Assembly (NCBI RefSeq): GCF_001194135.2
Contig: NC_068997.1
Coordinates: 46,655,791 to 46,699,675, forward strand
Direction: 5' to 3'
Source of the DNA: Octopus bimaculoides
Lineage: Eukaryota
DNA length: 43,885 nt
Shown here: one piece after another, positions 32,901-43,885 of the stretch
How the letters are laid out: every line of letters starts with the position of its first letter
Numbering within the stretch: position 1 is the stretch's first letter
Made by a program: the position numbers and the translations under genes
Notes under the pieces: model-generated
The model's database searches: none
Told to the model about the DNA's origin: nothing
The model's input: only the letters and a program-made list of their open reading frames with translations

Positions 32901-33920
32901 GTGACATAGAGTAAGTTTGGGAGCAAAACAAGAGGCCATTGTTGTAGTAATAGTGATTGACAGAGAGCATATAATTCAACATGGAAATTGTGGTGGGTTT
33001 TAAGAGTGCAGGAGCAGAAGACAGAGGTAGTAGAGAAAAAGGGAAGAGAGAGAGAAAGAAAGAAAGAAAGAAAGAACAGGAACAGCTTAGCAGAGAGGCA
33101 GGAGTGGTGGAGGGGAAACGGAGGTTGTGGAGTAGTGAGCTGATGGAAGTTTGCCTATCTGGCACTCAGGTTTGCAATATACATATGCAGTATGTATATG
33201 CATGTGTGCAGTGTTTGTGCATGTGTTCAGCAAAATTTTGTGTGCGTGTATGTGTGCATGCTCAGCAGTATGTGTGTTTGAGTACGTGTGTGCGTGTGTG
33301 TATGTGCGTGCAGCATTCTGCAATGTGTGAAAATGTAAAAATCGACCAACTTAATGTTGCCAAGCTATTTAATAACATCAAAAGTCTCCAATAGGATAAG
33401 ATCGTTATCTAAATACCATTAATATACATTAATATATCTCACCTAATGAGATTTGTCAGGTGGAACTATCTTCAACAGAAGCAAAGCAGGCAGAAAATTT
33501 CTGCTGCTTTAATCTCTATCCCCCACTGGAAGCATAGACTAACTTCCTGATTATAATCTAAAACTGTCACTCACAGAATTAAGGAAAATAGATCAAAGTA
33601 AAAAAGAAAACAAAAAGAGAGTAAAAAAAAAACAAAAGAAAAAAAATCCCTTGTCTTAGAGATTCCAAATTTTTTTTTGGAATATATTTAAAATTTTTTT
33701 TTTCAGCAATCTTCAGTCAATCATGTGTGGGATTATAGGCTATATAATAATGAACCCTAGCTTTAGATTTACTGGGGAATAGTTAACTGTTATAAAAGAT
33801 TAAGGCAAATATAAGCAATAAGCTCTTGTATATAATGTAGGAATATTTTCAGCCAATCGAAAAAGACTTTTGCCTTATATAACAAGGTATAATACTCGGA
33901 CAAATAGAATATACAGTTCT

Positions 33921-34378
33921 CTAGAGCTGGAAGGATGAAAGACAAATTCAACCTTGGCAGAATTTGAACTCAGAACATTAAACTGGAAGAAATCATCATC
34001 AAATGTCTATTTTCCATGCTGGCATGAGTTGGCTGGCTTGACTGTAACCAGGCCAGAGGCCATACTGGGTTCCATAGTCTGTTTTGTTTTGGTTTCTATG
34101 GCCAAATGCCCTCCCTAGTGTCAACTACTCCACAGAGTGTACTGGGTGCATTTTTTATGGCTCCATCATAGAGGCATTTTTAGGTGGCACCAGCACCAGT
34201 GCTTTTCACATGGTACCTTGGTTTTAGGATCTCAGTTCTGCTGTGGTGGGCAGATCTTCTCAAGTACAACAATGCACTATATATCTCAATCCTCTATCAA
34301 CACCTTTGTAAGGTTCAACGTTTGAAGAAATACTGCTGAGAAAATTTTGTCTGGCATGCTAAGAATTCAGCCGTCTTG
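33921..34378 (-). mobile_element. SINE family A split by a family C insertion (33994-34323) with 8-bp TSD
   Basis: GAAGAAAT at 33986-33993 and 34324-34331; family A body to the left, head to the right. Confidence 0.8.
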
Positions 34379-34499
34379 CAGAATGGTGAAAAGTGAAGTT
34401 GATTTCTGAAAGGTTGGTACTCAGACAATAAACAGCTGTAACAGTATCAAGAAAAAAAAAAAATCCAATAGTCTAAAAGTAGGGCTTTGTACTAGTTCT

Positions 34500-34693
34500 T
34501 TCTGCTATTGGCATAGAACCTGAAATTTTAGGGAAGGGAGCTAGTCCCAGTGCTCAACTGGTACCTATTTTACCGACCTCTGGAAGGATGAAGACAAACT
34601 CAACCTTGGTAGAATTTGAACTCAGAATACGAAGAGCTGCAAAAAATGCTGCTAATTATTTTGTCTGATGCACTTATATTTCTGCTAGCTCAC
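34500..34693 (-). mobile_element. SINE family A
   Basis: ctggtacctattttaccgacc...gaatttgaactcagaa...attctgctagctcac. Confidence 0.75.
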
Positions 34694-35173
34694 ATTATAA
34701 TAATAATAATAATAATAATGATGATGATGATGATGATGATAAGATAATAATAACAATAATACGGGGCATGAACAACAAAAGGTGACAACGACAAAAACAA
34801 TGATGGAAAAAGAGATGGAAACAGAAAAAAAGCAAATGAAGAAGAAAAAAAAGTAGAAGAGAAAGAGCAGATGAAGAACGGAAATTGTAGTAGTAGTAGT
34901 GGTAGTTGAAGTAGTTGTATTGGTGGTTGTAGTAGAAGTGGTGGGTAGTGGCAGTAGTGGTGGTGGTAGTTGTAGTAGTTGTAGCAGCAGAAGGTAAGTA
35001 GGACTCTTGAAGAGAGAGAGAGAGAGAAAGAGAGGGAGGGAGATTAAAGGAAGTGGAAATCAAAAGAAAAATCTCCAGAAGTGATGATGTCTGGGACAAA
35101 GAATATTTCAAGTGGAGACAAATGAGATTAAATACAAGAACCCAAAAAAAAAAGAAAAAAGATTAACGAAATG

Positions 35174-35213
<40 letters not shown>

Positions 35214-35251
35214 CACATCCACACACACACGTNNNNNNNNNNAACGAAATG

Positions 35252-35291
<40 letters not shown>

Positions 35292-35472
35292 CACATCCAC
35301 ACACACACGTGTATATATATATATATATATATATATAAACAAATACATACACACATACATAGAGGCAGGTAACCTACTTATACAAACACGCATACATATG
35401 CATATATATATATATATTTAAAACAGCATACACGCACACATATATAGATAGCCTACATACACAGACACAGAT

Positions 35473-35507
<35 letters not shown>

Positions 35508-35844
35508 AGCCAATTCAATATCAATTGGATATGTTTGTAAACAAAAGAAGAACTCCAATAAAATATGACGTATTTCCTCAAAGAGAAAATGGAAAGAAAC
35601 ACTCACAAACAATGTCATGAAAACTGTTTACAAATCTTTACCAATTAATATCGAGAGCCTTGGGCACTGGCGGCACAAGAAAATGCACCTAGGCCACTAC
35701 TCTGTAAAGTGGGTAGAGCGAGGAAGAGCATCTAGCTGTAGAAACCAGCTGGATGTTAAAAATAATGAAGACCATAATAAGGGTTGCCTGGTTCCTCTTT
35801 GGTTAGATGGTGAAGAATTGGGTGATAATATATGATGGAATATA

Positions 35845-36225
35845 AGGGGGTGAACCGGCAGAATGGTTAGCACACCGGGCAGAATTCATAGCAGCATTTC
35901 ATCTGTCTTCGTGTTCTGAGTTCAAATTCCACCGAGGTCGACTTTGCCGATCATCCTTTTGGGATTGATGGAAATGAGTACCAGTTGAGCGCTGGGGGCC
36001 ATGTTATTGACTAGCTCCTTTCTTGAACTTACCAGCCTTGAGCTAAAATTTGAAATCAATAATAATGGTATACAATAAAGCGGTGGGCTGGCAGAATCAT
36101 TAACACACCAGGCAAAATGCTTAGCGGCATTTCATCCATTCTCACGTTCTGAGTTCAAATTCTGCCAAAGTCAACTTTGCCTTTCATCCTTTTGGGGGTC
36201 GATAAAAAATAAATACCAGTTGAAC
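35845..36225 (+). mobile_element. Two tandem SINE family A copies
   Basis: Heads at about 35848 (ggtgaaccggcagaatggttagc) and 36080 (gcggtgggctggcagaatcattaac), each with gttctgagttcaaattc. Confidence 0.8.
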
Positions 36226-37259
36226 ACAGAATCGTAAGCATGTTAATTTCACAAGCAGGCTGTTCCGTTGATCGGATCAACTGGAACCCTCGTCGTTGTA
36301 ACTGACGGAGTGCCCCGGTTTATGGATAAGGGGCCCATCCTTTGATTATACACTGTCTCAATCATGACTAACGTAGAAGTAGGGGTTGTGCTAAACAACA
36401 TCATCATCATCAGGGTACCTGTCGACCCTATGTAAAGTGGATCCCAGATTAGCTGGTGCTGGTAGGATTTGAACTGTTGATTCTATTGTTAAGGCCAGCT
36501 GCTTCATAACTATTTTGGTAATTTTAATGAAGAAAAAATGTGTCAAAAATCTCAAGTGTTTGTAAGGAAACGGCAAAATTAAATACTAGAGAACTAAATG
36601 AAAAACATTAAAATAAACTACCGAACCAAAATCACACACTATATATATATATAAATATCTATCATAACAAAAAAAATTTCAAGAATCAACAAAAATTTAA
36701 AAAATCTAAGAAATGAAGTAAAAAGAAAACATAATTTATATATTTTAATTAATTTTTATTTCATGTTATTGTCTTTATAATTAAAAACAACAACAACGTT
36801 AAATATAACAACAACATTGAGCCTGATTATTTGGTTGCCTAGACAACAGACATAACCATGTGACCTTCATAGTTGGGTTCTAATCAACAACAAGGATGAT
36901 GATGACAGCTGCAACAACAACAAGACCAAGAACAACAACAACAACAAGAGGCAAGAAAACTTGTCTATTTAAAAAAAAAAATCATTTTAATTCCAATATA
37001 TTTTTGTTATATTACATCTAGTTGAATTCAATGTCTTAGAGGTAGTTTTTACTTCTCCCCGCCCTATCTTTTTATGAATAATTTGTAAACTTGTAAAGTG
37101 GAATAATAATAAGATAATAATAATAAGAAGATGGAAGGAGAATTGGAAGAAGGTAAAAGAAAAAAAAGAAGACAGAAGATAAAGATAATTGGAGGAAGGC
37201 GAAGAAGAAAGAAAGAAAAGTGAGGAGGAGGGGGAAGAGAAAAAGAAAGATAATAATAA

Positions 37260-37479
37260 TCCTTTCTAGTAAAGGCACAAGGCCTGAAATTTTGGGGAAG
37301 GGGACTAGTTGATTATATTGATCCCAGTACTCAACTTGATTTAACGACCCTGAAAGGATGAAAGGCAAAGTTGATCTTGGCAGAATTTGAGCTCAGAACG
37401 TAGTGGCAGACAAAATACCACTCAGCATTTCGCCCGGTGTACTAACGATTCTACCAGCTCACTGCCTTGCATAATAATA

Positions 37480-37521
<42 letters not shown>

Positions 37522-37725
37522 GTATAATAATGGTTTCAAATTTTGGCACAAGGCCAGCAATTTTTGAGGGGATGGGGAAGTCAATTACATTGACCACCAC
37601 CACCACCTGACTGGCACCCATTTTTATCGACGCCCCAAAAGGACAAAAGGCAAAATCCACCTTGGGGACATCTGAACTCACGAACACAAAGATGGGCAAA
37701 ATGCCATCAAGCATTTTACCCCATG
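37260..37725 (-). mobile_element. Two tandem SINE family A copies separated by (AAT)n
   Basis: aggcacaaggcctgaaattt...gaatttgagctcagaacg and ggcacaaggccagc...tctgaactcacgaac. Confidence 0.8.
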
Positions 37726-38055
37726 TGCCTGACCACCACCACTGCCGCCATCACCACCTCCATCGCCATCACCTCCACCACTGCCATCACCATCACCAAG
37801 CAATGTTTACATCCTGATATTCTAAGTGGTGAGATTTTTCTTCCCTGCTCATCTGATGCTATCATTACTATTATCTCATGTTTTATATTTATTACATACT
37901 TTAAATGTTATCAAATTTGATTATATCAAATTTCATATCATTACCTAATTACTCACTACCACATGTTTTAGGTTTTATAGCATATATTCCACATCGACAT
38001 CTGTTTTACAACATATTTCATGCTATCATTTGTTCTTTAACATATTTCATGCTAT

Positions 38056-38360
38056 AAAACGATAAACGTCGCCCTTTCAAAGCCTAGCCAGGCTCATGGG
38101 CCCGGTTTCTATGGTGTATGTGTTCCCCCCAGCTGGACGGGACGCCAGTCCATCGCAGTGTTACTCAGGAAACAGGAAGAAAGAGTGAGAGAAAGTTGAG
38201 GCGAAAGAGTACAACAGGGGTCACCACCACTCCCTGCCGGAGCCTCGTGGAGCTTAGGCGTTTTCGTTCAATAAACACTCACAACACCCGGTCTGGGAAT
38301 CGAAACCACGATCCTCCGACCGCTAGTCCACTGCCCTAACCACTGGGCCATTGCGCCTCC
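38056..38360 (-). mobile_element. Young tRNA-derived SINE family E with V-domain-like core and 12-bp TSD
   Basis: Reverse head GGAGGCGCAATGGCCCAGTGGTTAGGGC...GGTTTCGATTCCC; TGCGATGGACTGGCGTCCCGTCCAG resembles the V-SINE domain; ATTTCATGCTAT at 38044-38055 and 38361-38372. Confidence 0.85.
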
Positions 38361-38414
38361 ATTTCATGCTATCATCTGTTTTATATAACATTTCAAGTTA
38401 ACACCTGCTTTAAC

Positions 38415-38634
38415 CCTTTAGCATTCAAATTACTCTGTCAAATGTAACGCTTGTAAATTAAAAATTGCTTCGGATTAATCATGCATTATATTGTCACTTC
38501 AAGATTTTGATGAAGTGATTGTTTACTTTTAGAAGGACATTGTAGGTTAGGTGTGAGAAGCCAAATCTGGTCAACTTGAACATAAAACCAGTAGAATATT
38601 TGGGCTGGATATGGCTGGCTTAAATACTAGAGGA
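38415..38634. mobile_element. TTAA-flanked MITE (family F, piggyBac-like termini)
   Basis: TTAA/CCCTTTAGCATT ... AATACTAGAGGA/TTAA. Confidence 0.85.
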
Positions 38635-39329
38635 TTAAGCCATGTTTCATGCTTGTATCTGTTTTATATCATTAAAGTCTATTTTCATCTTTTCTATATC
38701 TTTCATGTAACCATCTGTTTTATTTAGCACTTTATGTTAATGCGTGCTTTAAGCTATATTTCATGCTCATATCTGTTTTATATCATTAAGGCCTATTTTC
38801 AGCTATTTCATATATTCCATGCTATCATCTTTTTTATTAAAGGAAGCTGAATCAGATGGCAGATTTGCAGGTGTTGGCACAGAGATGAGCCAGATCCAGC
38901 ATTTGATCTTCAGAAGAGATGTTATTAAAAAGAGCCAAACTTGTTATCTTCAATTAGGTTTACATGCTTATCATCGCACCACCCCACCCCATCAATGTTG
39001 GGTAATAACTGAAAGGGTGTGATCATGAATACGTGTGGCCAAAACAGGATCTGTTCAAAGGAACTCTGGAATAATGCTACTCGATTGGATGTATAGCTCA
39101 GAGATGAGGGAGTCTCTCCAGGTCAAGCCACTGCTTTGAGAGGTCATAGCTCTGGCACAACACACACACAAACACACACACACATACATGCACACACATA
39201 TATATACATAGATACACATATACACCTCTCTCTCTCTCTTTATTTATATATATATATATATATACACACATACAAACCACATATATATATATACACACCA
39301 CAGCAGAAGTGTTAAGTCTGGTCTTTCTG

Positions 39330-39672
39330 GTAGTAAAAAGCACTTGTGACAGTGTCACGTATAAGCGTCTGTGTGGTGTCATGTAAGGGCACCCGTGCAG
39401 TTCCACGTGAAAGCGCCCTTGTGGTGCCACGTAGAAGTGCTCATGTGGCACCTCATTAAAGTGCTTGTGCGGTGCTGCATGAAAGTGCCCATGTGGTGCC
39501 ATGTAAAAGCACCCAGCACACTCTGTAAAGTGGTTAGCATTAGGAAGGGCATCAAGCCACAGAAATCATGCTAAATCAGGTTGGAACCTGGTGCAGCTCC
39601 CCAGCTTGCCAGCCCTGGTCCAACTGTCCAACCCATGCCAGCATGGACAACAGACATCAACTGATGATGATG
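39330..39672 (+). mobile_element. Family C element with an internal tandem array of a 24-25-bp unit
   Basis: About seven GTGGTGCCACGTAAAAGCACCCAT-like units, then cattaggaagggcatc...acccatgccagcatgga...gatgatgatg. Confidence 0.8.
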
Positions 39673-39719
39673 ATACACACATACATATACAAATTAGTAC
39701 ACACACACACACACATCTA

Positions 39720-39872
39720 TTTCTTTATTGCTCACAGGGGGCTAAACATAGAGGGGAAAAACAAGGACAGACAAAGGGAGTAAGTCAATTACATTGACCC
39801 CCAGTGCATAACTGGTACTTATGAAAGGCTGCTAGGCATTTCACCCAGTGGCCTAATGATTCTGCCAGCTTG
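39720..39872 (-). mobile_element. Internally deleted SINE family A (alternative tail)
   Basis: ttctttattgctcacagggggctaaacatagagggg...gcataactggtactt...gattctgccagcttgc; matches 1207-1419. Confidence 0.8.
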
Positions 39873-40264
39873 CTGCACACATATTGAACAAAAATGAAAT
39901 AAGAGAAATTAAGGACTGAGAGTAGCCAGAACAACATAGATAAATACAGGTATATCAAATACAATACAACATAAATTCTTGATTTATAAAAAATTATCTC
40001 CACCTCTAGAGGATGTGCCATAAATACCAAATGGCAATTAAGACCATTTCTACGAGAATGGGAAACAATCTCAAGATTCCAAGGAAAAGGGCATAATTAT
40101 TGTCTGCAGATAAAAGGACAATTGTGGACATGTTTCTACCTTGATAAGTGTCATAAGCATGGCAATTGTACAACCTTATGTCCCAAAATCAAGAGACTTA
40201 GACATATACACAAAAGAGTCGAACACATTTATAATCTAAGTAATTATCATAATTCATTATTCAA

Positions 40265-40457
40265 CCCTTTAGCATTCAGATTACTCTGTCAAATGTAACC
40301 CTTATTTATTCACATTGATATGGATTAGCTTTGAGATTTCATTGATATGATTGTTTGTTTTCAAGAATAACATTTTAGGGTAAGTGTGAGAGACCAGTTT
40401 GAAGATAAACCAGGTAGATTACTTTGGCTGGCTATGACTGGTTTAAATGCTAAAGGA
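40265..40457. mobile_element. TTAA-type MITE family F
   Basis: TCAA/CCCTTTAGCATT ... AATGCTAAAGGA/TTAA. Confidence 0.85.
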
Positions 40458-40640
40458 TTAAGCAAAAATGAGCTAAGAGAAATAAATCAGAGTGGCCAAT
40501 GACATGTGTATGAACAAGATGTGTGTGTATAGATGAATATATGTATATTGGACCATATGTATATTGAGTCCTACACCAGGTTATTAATCACACTATGTCT
40601 AAGTGAAATATTAATTAATACATACACACATATATATATA

Positions 40641-41058
40641 TTCTTTTATTCTTTTATTTGTTTCAGTCATTTGACTGTGGCCATGCTGGAGCACCGCTTT
40701 TAGTCAAGCAAATCAACCCCAGGACTTATTCTTTGTAAGCCTAGTACTTATTCTGTCGGTCTCTTTTGCTGAACTGCTCGGTGACAGGGACGTAAACACA
40801 CCAGCATCGGTTGTCAAGCGATGGTGGGGGGGGGGGACAAACACAGACACACAAACATATACATATATATATATATACATACACATGAATATGTACAACG
40901 GGTTTCTTTCAGTTTCCATCTACCAAATCCACTCACAAGGCTTTGATCGGCCCGAGGCTATAGTAGAAGACACCTGCCCAAGGTGCTACGCAGTGGGACT
41001 GAACCCGGAACCATGTGGTTGGTAAACAAGCTACTTACCACACAGCCACTCCTGCGCC
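40641..41058 (-). mobile_element. SINE family B, best-preserved copy
   Basis: Reverse head GGCGCAGGAGTGGCTGTGTGGTAAG...GGTTCAGTCCC; internal (TA/CA)n; (AAAGAATA)n-type tail; CpGs retained. Confidence 0.92.
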
Positions 41059-41061
41059 TAT

Positions 41062-41093
<32 letters not shown>

Positions 41094-41151
41094 TTGTATG
41101 AACACACATACATATATATATGTGCAAATACATTAATATATGTTAAAGTTA

Positions 41152-41366
41152 CGGTGGTAAGCTGGCAGAAACGTTAGCATGCCGGGCAAAATGCTTAGTG
41201 GTATTTAATCTGCCGCTATGTTACTAGTTCAAATTCTGCTGAGGTCGACTTTGCCTTTCATCCTTTCGGGGTTGATAAATTAAGTACCAGTTGCATACTG
41301 GGGTTGATCTAATCGACTGGCCTCCCCTCACCAGAAATTTCAGGCCTTGTGCCCAGAGTAGAAAAG
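41152..41366 (+). mobile_element. SINE family A, full length with 17-bp TSD
   Basis: AATATATGTTAAAGTTA at 41135-41151 and 41367-41383. Confidence 0.92.
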
Positions 41367-42179
41367 AATATATGTTAAAGTTAAATATCCAAATGTGATT
41401 AGGTTAGAAGTGATCTTTATTAACACACACACACACACACACACACAGATATGTAAATATTTTGATATATGTGAAAGGTAACAGGTAAATATCCATGTCT
41501 GATTAGGTTATAAGCGATCTCTAAAGAGCATAAGTAAAAATTAAAAATGGTAAATAAAAACATGTCATATCCATTATGTATGTAAGAAGCATTCATCACA
41601 TGATGCCAAACTAAGATGAAGCTATATAAGCTTAACCCCCCCCCCCCACAAGACCAGCTCTAAAGGATAGGCTTATAACCAAAATTTACAACAAAAAAAT
41701 ATTAATAATTATTATGATAACAATAATAAATAATAAAACATATATTTTACATATATATATTCAAAGTAGTTTTAAAATATATAAAGTTTTTACAGTACTT
41801 CAAAGAAAGTGAGTTTTATATCTGTAATGTAGCTTCAGTGTAGTGTGTAGCAGCAATATGTTAAGAAAACATTAAAATATATTAAGAAAACATTGATATG
41901 ATCTTCTCATTGAATTAGGTTGTGAGAAAATTGAAATTTGATAACACTGTATCAATATAATGGAGGTAAGAAAGCTAAAGTTAATGAATATTGAACATAT
42001 CGAGTGCATCAGATTGTTGGCTATGTAATATATATGTATATCTATATTGGCGGAAATATATCAATATGTTGCAATGAGTAAAACAATATGTAAAAATTAT
42101 CATGATGGACCCAACTATATATACAACAAATTGATATATATATATATATTTATATATATATATATATATATATGTATAT

Positions 42180-42603
42180 TACCAGTGGAGCGCTAAGAGC
42201 ACTGTTCGAGTGTGATCGTTGCCAGAGCAGCTGTCTGGCTTCCGCACCAGTGGCATGTAAATAGCACCATTTGAGCGTGATCGTTACCAACATCGCCTTC
42301 CTGGCATGTGAAAAGACATTCGAGCGAGATTGTAGCCAGTGCCACTGGACTGGCTCCTGTGCAGGTAGCACGTAAAATACACCATTTTGAGCATGGCCAT
42401 TGCCAGTACCGCCTGACTGGCCTTCATGCAGGTGGCACGTAAAAGCACCCACTACTCTCTCAAAGTGGTTTGCATTAGGAAGGGCATCCAGCTGTAGAAA
42501 CTCTGCCAGATCAGATTGGAGACTGGTGCTGCCATCTGGTTCACCAGTCGTCAGTCAAATCGTCCAACCCATGCTAGCAGGAAAAATGGACATTAAACGA
42601 TGA
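42180..42603 (+). mobile_element. Family C element, long variant with diverged internal repeats
   Basis: Repeated gtggcatgtaaa..gcacc(a)tt(t/c)gagcgtgatcgtt blocks, then the standard tail ...ggacattaaacgatga. Confidence 0.8.
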
Positions 42604-42791
42604 TATATATATAGTTTTGGAATAATAAAAAGCAGCCAAGTAGATATTTAACAGATGATTCCTAATCTTACAGCTGTTTCAATGGACAGGGTAAAATATC
42701 ATCATTTATATTATTACATGATCACTATACACATTACACATAACTAGTTAATTAAATGATGGCTAAACTGTATCATCAGGATGAAATGTTG

Positions 42792-42840
<49 letters not shown>

Positions 42841-43096
42841 NNNNNNNNNNNNNNNNNNNNNNNNNNNNNNNNNNNNNNNNNNNNNNNNNNNNNNNNNNNN
42901 NNNNNNNNNNNNNNNNNNNNNNNNNNNNNNNNNNNNNNNNNNNNNNNNNNNNNNNNNNNNNNNNNNNNNNNNNNNNNNNNNNNNNNNNNNNNNNNNNNNN
43001 NNNNNNNNNNNNNNNNNNNNNNNNNNNNNNNNNNNNNNNNNNNNNNNNNNNNNNNNNNNNNNNNNNNNNNNNNNNNNNNNNNNNNNNNNNNNNNNN

Positions 43097-43128
<32 letters not shown>

Positions 43129-43650
43129 TAACTACATGTATGTATATGATTGTGTTTATATACTAATGCATTTCTATATATATCTCTATGCCACCTTACT
43201 ACTGACTAGATGTACCCCACCCCTGCTTCATTCTAGCAGCAGCTATCAGCCATTGATACAACTTTACCTAAAAAACATAGCTCTTCAGTCAAACTATGTC
43301 TTTAAGAGACCTTAATTCTATTTCTGTCTCCATTATTTTTATCTATAGTCTCATATATTTTAAAAATTATCTTTCCTCTTTTTACAATTATTCTTAAACT
43401 GTTGGCCTCTTTTGAATTGACCAACAATGTATACGTATGTATGTATGTATGCATGTTTCTATGCATCACACCATTTTTAAAGTTATTTTTCAAGTATTTG
43501 TTTCTATATAGAAAAGGAAAAAAAGCCACCTGCTAAACATTCCCTTTTCAACATTATTCTCTTGCCAATTATAAAGTAAATTCTACAACATCCTTCCATA
43601 GAAACTATCACTTACTCCCCTCTTCCTCTCCATCCCACTTCTTCTTCTCT

Positions 43651-43687
<37 letters not shown>

Positions 43688-43802
43688 ATGAGTCTCCTGA
43701 ATATAAATATCTAATTCTTTAATTCTCACAGTCCAATAATTCTCCACTGACATAGAACTAATCAGTCACTGCTTAGAACTGTGCTTTCAAATCCCTCAGT
43801 AA

Positions 43803-43819
43803 AATACACACACACACAG

Positions 43820-43885
<66 letters not shown>
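43803..43885. repeat. (CA)n microsatellite
   Basis: Direct reading. Confidence 0.95.

Larger units (their letters stand above)
37975..38830. repeat. About 28-29-bp minisatellite (CATATTTCATGCTATCATCTGTTTTATA-like) interrupted by two insertions
   Basis: Unit seen before 38056, at 38361-38410 and at 38640-38830. Confidence 0.75.

Noticed and set aside
35164-35310. Direct duplication of about 69 bp around a 10-N gap
   Set aside because: Identical sequence on both sides of a minimal gap is a scaffolding overlap artefact.
38830-39140. Moderately GC-rich unique-looking segment
   Set aside because: No open frame with splice signals or recognisable motif on either strand; possibly an old repeat.
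42660-42710. Minus-strand AUGAUGA...GAAACAGCUGUA with ACAGCUGU palindrome
   Set aside because: C3 is missing and there is no stem I partner or stem II; too degenerate to call, though it may be another Penelope terminus.

Overview
AT-rich, microsatellite-dense eukaryotic DNA from a fragmented assembly (N gaps at 1465-1555, 5228-5982, 7662-8387, 11265-11817, 25211-25346, 29634-29988, 35233-35242, 42841-43096). The SINE/MITE repertoire and a divergent 18S fragment suggest an octopus or other coleoid cephalopod (inference from recalled sequence families, no database search). There is no intact protein-coding gene; almost all listed ORFs are microsatellite or gap artefacts. The window is a patchwork of tRNA-derived SINEs (labelled families A, B, D, E here), an RTE-tailed element (C), TTAA, hAT and mariner MITEs, a solo LTR, and decayed LINE pieces (CR1/L2-like, RTE, Dong/R4, Penelope). 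Most notable: (1) several unrelated Penelope-type terminal repeats carrying minimal type I hammerhead ribozyme folds, one with a perfect core (10025-10088, minus) and one three-copy family with a compensatory U3-A8 core; (2) a dispersed 170-bp 18S rRNA 5' fragment starting exactly at the mature 5' end, abutting a mariner/Penelope nest; (3) two isolated candidate host exons, one with cyclic-nucleotide-binding-domain spacing. Repeat boundaries without a TSD or TIR are approximate.
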